Shown: positions 58,390 through 64,000 of the stretch, piece by piece
Numbering within the stretch: the stretch's first letter is position 1
Layout: each line of letters begins with the position of its first letter
Assembly: GCA_963845535.1 (NCBI GenBank)
Contig: CAWJSK010000012.1
Span: forward strand, 768,001-832,000
DNA: 64,000 nucleotides
Source: an uncultured Spirochaetota bacterium
GTDB taxonomy: Bacteria > Spirochaetota > Spirochaetia > SZUA-6 > Fen-1364
Direction of reading: 5' to 3'
Notes under the pieces: model-generated
What the model saw: only the letters and a program-made list of their open reading frames with translations
Database searches by the model: none
Told to the model about the DNA's origin: nothing
Position numbers and translations under genes: made by a program

Positions 58390-58398
58390 AAAATACCC

Positions 58399-58432
58399 TT
58401 GAATTTGTTACTATACACATGTATAGTAACAA
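58399..58432 (+). promoter_or_regulatory. Promoter and 13-2-13 palindromic operator of the HNH gene
   Basis: TTGAAT-N17-TATAGT, then 7 nt to ATG; TTGTTACTATACA-ca-TGTATAGTAACAA at 58405-58432. Confidence 0.8.
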
Positions 58433-58434
58433 TC

Positions 58435-59727
58435 ATGGAATCCACCGAGGAATTGGGTCAGGAGATCGCCAGCTTGTCGGCACATCTCGATGCGGCTACT
58501 CATCGTCTACTCGAATGCATCAGGCGCTTCGACGAGGCTTGCGGCTGGCACGAGCAGGGTGCCATTTCGTGCGCGCACTGGCTGACCTGGCGGGTCGGAT
58601 GGGACCCGGCCACCGCGCGAGAGAAGGTGCGGGTGGCGCGTGCACTGGGCAAGCTGCCCATGATCGACGAAGCGCTGCGTTCGGGCAGGCTGTCGTACGC
58701 CAAGGTGCGGGCGCTCACTCGAGTGGCGACTCTGGAGAACGAGCCGAAGCTCCTCGAATTGGCGCTCTTTGCAACCGGGGCTCAACTTGAGCGGCTGTGC
58801 CGGGGCTATCGGGCAGTAAATGAGGGTGAGAGGGCTCCAGCGCCGGAGGAGCGCTCGGTACGCCTACGGCAGTTGCCTGGGGGGATGGTCAAGTTGGAGT
58901 TGGTGCTTGAACCGGATGAGGCGGACTTGATCCTGCGGGCAGTGGACCGTGCCCGGGAGGTGCACGCCGAGCAGGCGACTCCGGCCGACTCCACCCTCCC
59001 AGCGCCGCCGGACCACCAGCCTGCCGAAGGTGGCGGCGTTTCCGCGGAAACGTGCTGGCCATCGCGGGCAGACGGCGCTGTGACCATCGCGGAGTCGTTC
59101 CTGGCAGGCCATCCAGTGACGGGAAACGGCGGGGAGCGGTTCCAGGTCATGGTTCATGTCGATCAGGAGGTCCTCGGCCCGGACGGCGCCTGGACGGCTA
59201 CCCTGGAGGATGGAAGTCGCGTTTCCGCGGAAACGCTGCGAAGGGTGGCATGCGATTGCGGCCTGGTGGCCGTCGGTCACGACGGGGAGGCGTTGAAAAT
59301 CGGCCGCCGTGCCCGTAGCATTCCACCTGCCATCCGCCGTGCGTTGATGCTGCGGGACCGCGGTTGCGCCTTCCCCGGTTGCACCTACACCAGATTCCTG
59401 CACGCTCACCACGTCGAGCACTGGCTCCACGGCGGGAAGACCAGCCTAGACAACCTTGTCATGCTCTGCACCTTCCACCATCACCTGGTGCACGAGGGTG
59501 GGTGGACGACAACTGTGGACGCGGACGGCGCCTGTGTTTTTCACTCGCCCCTCGGCATGCCACTCGCGTCGGTGCCGCCGCGGGAGCGCGTTGACAATGT
59601 CATGGTGTGGCTCCACGAATGGGCGGAGGAGAGGAACCTGGATCTCGGAGCGGAGGTCAACAGGCCGCTGGGGGACGGGAAGAAACCGAACTACGACCTG
59701 GCGGTGAGCGGGCTTCTGGCGGGGTGA
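58435..59727 (+). CDS. DUF222 (13E12-like) HNH endonuclease
   Basis: SCAHWL, AREKVRVARAL, GRLSYAKVRALTR, RRVACD, RRALMLRDRGCAFPGC, AHHVEHWLHGGKT and NLVMLCTFHHHLVHEG motifs. Confidence 0.92.
   Translation: MESTEELGQEIASLSAHLDAATHRLLECIRRFDEACGWHEQGAISCAHWLTWRVGWDPATAREKVRVARALGKLPMIDEALRSGRLSYAKVRALTRVATLENEPKLLELALFATGAQLERLCRGYRAVNEGERAPAPEERSVRLRQLPGGMVKLELVLEPDEADLILRAVDRAREVHAEQATPADSTLPAPPDHQPAEGGGVSAETCWPSRADGAVTIAESFLAGHPVTGNGGERFQVMVHVDQEVLGPDGAWTATLEDGSRVSAETLRRVACDCGLVAVGHDGEALKIGRRARSIPPAIRRALMLRDRGCAFPGCTYTRFLHAHHVEHWLHGGKTSLDNLVMLCTFHHHLVHEGGWTTTVDADGACVFHSPLGMPLASVPPRERVDNVMVWLHEWAEERNLDLGAEVNRPLGDGKKPNYDLAVSGLLAG
59037..59052. repeat. Perfect 16-bp palindrome within the HNH gene (copy 1)
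   Basis: CGTTTCCGCGGAAACG, encodes VSAET. Confidence 0.9.
59219..59236. repeat. Perfect 18-bp palindrome within the HNH gene (copy 2)
   Basis: GCGTTTCCGCGGAAACGC, encodes VSAET. Confidence 0.9.
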
Positions 59728-59853
59728 CACGACGGCGAACGGTTTGGCGGGGCATGATGCCTGTGCTTAACGGCCGCTGACTCGATCACGCATACTCGAG
59801 CCCGCAAAGTCGCGCAACGCAATCAACCCTAGCGAAGATAGCGAAGCTCTCGC

Positions 59854-60576
59854 TTAATGCAGCAATATCCTCACGTTGGTCACGATATCCGCGGGGGTTG
59901 CGTCTGCGTCCATTCCCACCCGGATGAATCCCCTCTTGTCCACAATCCAGAAAGGAGCTGAATGGCCGACGTCGTAACCGCCCCCGAATTGCTGAACAAT
60001 CTTGCCAACCAAGGTGAGGTCATCCGAGCTCAGACCCTGCGTCGGCGGCTTGTCCATCGCCATGGCGCCCTTATCTTCCTTCGGCGGCGCCACCGCGTCC
60101 GTTTCAGGATTCACAGTCACCCCGATTGCGTAGCTTGCCCAGACGGCCTGCACCGCCTTTGCGGGTCCTCCTACGAAGTGCCAGACATCGTTGAGTCCGA
60201 GCGCTTTGCTGTAAGGGAGCGTGACGGCCGGTACGTCGCGCTTGGGATCAGTGGTGACAGCCACAAAAACCACGCTTTTTGCATCAGGTCCAAGCTGCAG
60301 GGAGGCCTCTTTTACCTTCGCCGCAATGAAGGGACAAATGTCGGTGCAGTGGGTGTAGATGAAGCACATCACCACCACCTTGCCCTTCTGTTCCGCCATG
60401 TGGAACGGGAGGCCGTTCTGATCCGTGAGAGTAAAGTCGGCCGCGAGTTGCGGGTGTTGCACCATGTTGTTGACGAGCCCTGGGACTGGCTGTTCTTCCC
60501 CGCCGCCCATTGCAGAAGCTGGAATGATAACGCAACAGAGAAGAACTGACGCAATCAGGAACCGTATCGACTTCAT
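59854..60576 (-). CDS. SCO family protein (paralog of 54145..54867)
   Basis: DFTLTDQNG, YTHCTDICP, VTTDPKRD and YDVGH motifs; RBS GGAGG. Confidence 0.9.
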   Translation of the reverse strand: MKSIRFLIASVLLCCVIIPASAMGGGEEQPVPGLVNNMVQHPQLAADFTLTDQNGLPFHMAEQKGKVVVMCFIYTHCTDICPFIAAKVKEASLQLGPDAKSVVFVAVTTDPKRDVPAVTLPYSKALGLNDVWHFVGGPAKAVQAVWASYAIGVTVNPETDAVAPPKEDKGAMAMDKPPTQGLSSDDLTLVGKIVQQFGGGYDVGHSAPFWIVDKRGFIRVGMDADATPADIVTNVRILLH

Positions 60577-60625
60577 CCTTTTCGCCTCCGTTCTTAGAAG
60601 ATAACGTTTACGAGGGACGGCAGGA

Positions 60626-60693
60626 AATGAGACGAAGTCTCATTGACAATTCCTCACCCGGCTACTATATTCCAGATGATACGTCGTATCATT
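60626..60693. promoter_or_regulatory. Two Fur/Zur-like 19-bp boxes flanking a sigma70 promoter
   Basis: AATGAGACGAAGTCTCATT (60626-60644) and GATGATACGTCGTATCATT (60675-60693); TTGACA-N17-TATATT at 60643-60671. Confidence 0.75.
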
Positions 60694-60720
60694 AGCAACT
60701 TCCCGGTAAGGAGGTAGCCT

Positions 60721-61623
60721 GTGCAAACGCACAAGCTTCGTGGCCCCCTGGTTGTTCTCATAACCGCCTTTCTCCTCGTTGTGGGCGCGGCGGTGCTGGA
60801 GGCGCAGCAGCGCGTCATCAAAGTCGTTGCCGCGGAAAACTTCTACGGCAACATCGTCAAGCAGATCGGAGGTGACGCGGTCAACGTAACCAGCGTCATG
60901 TCGGACCCGAACGTAGATCCCCACGAATACGAATCCAACGTGGAAGACGCGAAGGCAATCGCGGAAGCGGACCTTGTCATCGAAAACGGTGCCGGCTATG
61001 ACGATTGGATGGACAAGCTTCTCTCCGCGTCTCCCAACTCATCTCGGGTCGTGCTGAAGGGATTCGACCTCGCCGTGAAGAAGCTCCCTGAAAATGAGCA
61101 CGTGTGGTACAACGTCGACAACGTGCAGGCAATAGCATCCTCCGTTTCCCGAAACCTCCAGAAGCTTCTTCCCCAAAGCGCCGCCGTGTTCGCCAGGAAC
61201 GACCGCGTTTTCCAGGAATCCCTCGGGCCCATCCGGCAGAAAATGGCGCAGATAGCCGGCAAGTTCTCAGGAACTCCTATCGGCCTCACGGAGACCATCT
61301 TTCTCTATCAGTCGGTACCACTGGGGCTGAAAGTCCTCACCCCTTTTGAGTTCGAGAAGGCAATAGCGGAAGGAAATGATCCGCCCGCGGACACCGTCGT
61401 GGAAACGGAAAATCAGATCAGGAATGGGCAGGTCAAAATTCTGGTTTACAACGAACAAACGATTTCTCCCATAACCACCAAGGCGCAGGCGGACGCCAAG
61501 GCGGCCAATATTCCCATCGTCGGCGTCACGGAGACAATGCCTCCGGGGGAGACCTACCAGACTTGGATGCTGCGCCAGCTCGATGAGCTTCGCAGCGCGC
61601 TTATCAGCACCGCCGGCTCATGA
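60721..61623 (+). CDS. Zn/Mn ABC transporter substrate-binding protein (ZnuA-like)
   Basis: VVAAENFYG, DPHEYE, IENGAGYD, NEHVWY and VTET motifs; RBS AAGGAGG. Confidence 0.92.
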   Translation: MQTHKLRGPLVVLITAFLLVVGAAVLEAQQRVIKVVAAENFYGNIVKQIGGDAVNVTSVMSDPNVDPHEYESNVEDAKAIAEADLVIENGAGYDDWMDKLLSASPNSSRVVLKGFDLAVKKLPENEHVWYNVDNVQAIASSVSRNLQKLLPQSAAVFARNDRVFQESLGPIRQKMAQIAGKFSGTPIGLTETIFLYQSVPLGLKVLTPFEFEKAIAEGNDPPADTVVETENQIRNGQVKILVYNEQTISPITTKAQADAKAANIPIVGVTETMPPGETYQTWMLRQLDELRSALISTAGS

Positions 61624-62417
61624 GCAGTCCAGCTTTGATGCCGGGGCCCTCGCCCCGGCCCGTCATTTCCGCGGAGGGGGTGCGCGTAGATCTCGGCGGG
61701 CGGACAATCCTGGCTGACGTGAGCTTCGCCGTCCGGGATGGGGAGCTTGTTGCCATCCTCGGCCCGAACGGGGCGGGAAAAAGCACGCTGTTGAAAGTGA
61801 TCCTTGGACTTGTGAAGACAGTGACGGGCCGGATCCTGGTGCTCGACCAGCCGGCGGGGAAAGCAAACGCGCGGATCGGCTACGTTCCCCAGTTCAGGGC
61901 CATTGAAGGGGAAACGACGCTGCGGGGCCGGGACGTCGTGCGCTTCGGCCTGGACGGAAACCGCTGGGGACCCGGTTGGCCCAGCCGCGCGAGGGAGAAA
62001 CGGATAGACGCGGTGCTGGATGAGGTGGACGGGCGGGAGCTCTCCAAGGCCGCCATGGGGGAGCTCTCCGGCGGAGAGAGGCAGCGGCTGCTCATTGCTC
62101 AGGCGCTCTTGAGCGAACCCCGTCTTCTGCTGCTCGACGAGCCGCTTGCAAGCCTGGACCTGGGAAGGGAGCAGGAGATCATTGCCCTCATCCGGCGTGT
62201 CTGTCTCTCACGAGGCGTCGCCGTGCTTTTTGTGACCCACGACATCAACCCCCTCCTGTCCGACATCGATAGGGTGCTGTATCTCGCCAACGGAAGGGGC
62301 GCAATAGGCCGGCCCGACCAGGTGATCACCCGCGAAACACTGAGCGATCTCTACGGCACGCCCGTGGAGGTTGTGAAAACCGGCGGCAGGGTTTTCGTGG
62401 TGGGCGCGCGGATATGA
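61620..62417 (+). CDS. Zn/Mn ABC transporter ATPase (ZnuC-like)
   Basis: GPNGAGKST, IGYVPQ, LSGGERQR, LLDEP and VTHD motifs. Confidence 0.92.
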   Translation: MSSPALMPGPSPRPVISAEGVRVDLGGRTILADVSFAVRDGELVAILGPNGAGKSTLLKVILGLVKTVTGRILVLDQPAGKANARIGYVPQFRAIEGETTLRGRDVVRFGLDGNRWGPGWPSRAREKRIDAVLDEVDGRELSKAAMGELSGGERQRLLIAQALLSEPRLLLLDEPLASLDLGREQEIIALIRRVCLSRGVAVLFVTHDINPLLSDIDRVLYLANGRGAIGRPDQVITRETLSDLYGTPVEVVKTGGRVFVVGARI

Positions 62418-63259
62418 GCGCCGCGATAGCTCTCTTGCGCTACCCGTTCATCGTGAACGCGCTTGTCACGGGCTCCGCCGTGGCGGTGGCCGCCGCGGTA
62501 AGTGGGTACTTCATGGTCTGCCGTAGAGCCACTTTCGCGGGGCACGCCCTGCCGAACATCGGATTCGCCGGGGCGGCAGGAGCGGTTTTCCTGGGAATCG
62601 AGCCTGTGTACGGCCTCTTCGCAATCACGATCCTTGCGGCCATTGCAATGGGGCTGCTCGCCAGGGACCTGCGGGACAGGGACGTCACAGTCGGCGTAAT
62701 CATGACCCTCGCGCTGGGGCTGGGGTTCCTCTTCCTGGCCCTGTACTCAGGCTACGCGCAAAGAGTGTACGGCATTCTTTTCGGGAGCATCCTCGGAATC
62801 AGCGTCCAAGCCTCCCGCGTCACGGCGGTTGCGGCGGCGGCTTCGCTTGCAGTCCTCGCGTTTCTCTACCGCCCGCTTCTTTTCAGCACGTTCGATCCGG
62901 AGCTTGCCGTGGCCCGCGGCGTCCCCGTCTCCCTTCTCTCCGTCGTGTTTCTCGCGGTGCTCGCCCTGATAGCGTCGCTTGCCGTGCAGGTGATGGGGGC
63001 GCTTCTGCTGTTTACGCTTCTGGTCGGTCCGGCAGCCACCGCAACGAGGATCGTGAAGAGCCCGCTGGCGGCAATCGCCTTGTCGACGGCGCTCGGCCTC
63101 CTGTACGTCTGGCTGGGGATCATGGTCGCTGCCGCAAACGGAACCGTTCCGGTGAGCTTCTGCATCGCAACGATTTCCTTTGCCGTTTACGTGCCGGTCC
63201 GTCTTTTGGTTCGTCCCGGTAGTCGGCGGGCGCCGACCCAGGCAGGACAGCCTGCATGA
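62414..63259 (+). CDS. Zn/Mn ABC transporter permease (ZnuB-like)
   Basis: FAGHAL, ILFGSILG, YRPLLFSTFDPELAVARGVP and GALL motifs. Confidence 0.92.
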   Translation: MSAAIALLRYPFIVNALVTGSAVAVAAAVSGYFMVCRRATFAGHALPNIGFAGAAGAVFLGIEPVYGLFAITILAAIAMGLLARDLRDRDVTVGVIMTLALGLGFLFLALYSGYAQRVYGILFGSILGISVQASRVTAVAAAASLAVLAFLYRPLLFSTFDPELAVARGVPVSLLSVVFLAVLALIASLAVQVMGALLLFTLLVGPAATATRIVKSPLAAIALSTALGLLYVWLGIMVAAANGTVPVSFCIATISFAVYVPVRLLVRPGSRRAPTQAGQPA

Positions 63260-64000
63260 CCATCCAACTTCTTGCCTCCGATGTATTTCGCAATGCGATG
63301 GTTTCCGGAACCATCGCTGCCGTCGTTGCGTCCCTGGTCGGGTACTTCGTCGTCCTCCGCACGCAGGCCTTTGCGGCGGAATCCCTCCTGGACGTTTCCT
63401 TTGCCGGCGCAACAGGCGCGGCGCTCTTTGGTCTTGCTCCTGTCCTGGGAGCCGCCGTCCTTGGCTTTGGCGCAGCCATGGGAATAGGAGCTCTGGGAGA
63501 GAAAGCCCGGGAGCGCGACGTCGAGATAGGGATGGTCGTTTCATTTGCACTCGGCCTGGGGATCTTCTTCCTGAGCCTCTATTCGCGCGGCAGCGCGTCC
63601 CACTCGAACGCCGGGATGGCCATCCTTTTCGGGTCCCTCCTCAGCGTGCAACCCCAGGACATCCTGCGCCTTTCCGTCATCGGGGCCGTGGCGCTTGCGG
63701 GACTTGCCGTAGTCTTCCGTCCGCTCCTTTTTGCCACGGTGGACCCTGAAGCAGCACGGGCCCGGGGGGTGCCGGTGCGCTTTCTCTCCACGGTCTTTCT
63801 TGTCATCCTGGCTTTGGCCGCCGCTGCCGGCGCCCTCGCGGTCGGAATCCTTCTGGCGACAGCGCTCCTGATTGCGCCTGCCGCGGCGGCAGTACGCCTG
63901 ACGCGGCGCCCATCGGCCACGCTCGCGCTCTCGGTGTGCCTCGGCGTGGGCATCATCTGGGGAGGCATCCTCATATCGTTCCTCTGGCCGGGGCGGCATC
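63256..64000 (+). CDS. Second Zn/Mn ABC transporter permease (partial, runs off the window)
   Basis: Manual translation MTIQLLASDVFRNAMVSG...GYFVVLRTQAFAAESL...ILFGSLL...FRPLLFATVDPEAARARGVP; ATGA overlap with the preceding stop. Confidence 0.9.
   Translation, partial: MTIQLLASDVFRNAMVSGTIAAVVASLVGYFVVLRTQAFAAESLLDVSFAGATGAALFGLAPVLGAAVLGFGAAMGIGALGEKARERDVEIGMVVSFALGLGIFFLSLYSRGSASHSNAGMAILFGSLLSVQPQDILRLSVIGAVALAGLAVVFRPLLFATVDPEAARARGVPVRFLSTVFLVILALAAAAGALAVGILLATALLIAPAAAAVRLTRRPSATLALSVCLGVGIIWGGILISFLWPGRH

Noticed and set aside
58435..59727. IscB/Cas9-like RNA-guided nuclease
   Set aside because: No PLMP or RuvC motifs; the architecture is DUF222 plus C-terminal HNH.
1..64000. rRNA, tRNA, riboswitch, transposase or integrase
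   Set aside because: None recognised by eye; intergenic gaps are short. A covariance-model search would be needed to exclude small RNAs.

Overview
GC-rich, gene-dense chromosomal window, most likely from a Spirochaetia-type bacterium. The inference rests on an archaeal-type PheRS pair, a DAHP synthase/prephenate dehydratase gene arrangement and a GAF-GGDEF gene. Bases 1-50 kb are mostly housekeeping: aroF/pheA, PBP1A, pheST, a Moco cluster (moeA-moaA-moaC-mogA plus mobB), a NodF/NodE-like ACP-KAS pair, an SH3-M48-CHASE2 cyclase trio, pstSCAB1B2-phoU, GH13, a KimA-like permease, dacA, iscA, hisC, uppP and gltA. Bases 50-64 kb are more accessory and metal-related: three SCO proteins, two secreted ankyrin proteins, a Phd-VapC toxin-antitoxin pair, a DUF222-HNH gene and a Zn/Mn ABC transporter preceded by two Fur/Zur-like boxes. 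The most unusual locus is the DUF222-HNH gene. It has a hairpin-dense upstream non-coding element, a perfect 13-2-13 palindrome over an apparently leaderless promoter, and two in-frame copies of a perfect palindrome (core GTTTCCGCGGAAAC, 'VSAET') inside its coding sequence. The two PstB subunits carry complementary motif changes suggesting one degenerate ATP site. Frameshifts in aroF/pheA, the M48 peptidase and TetR may be consensus errors. No rRNA, tRNA, CRISPR array or transposase was recognised. Family calls come from motif recognition by eye, not database searches.
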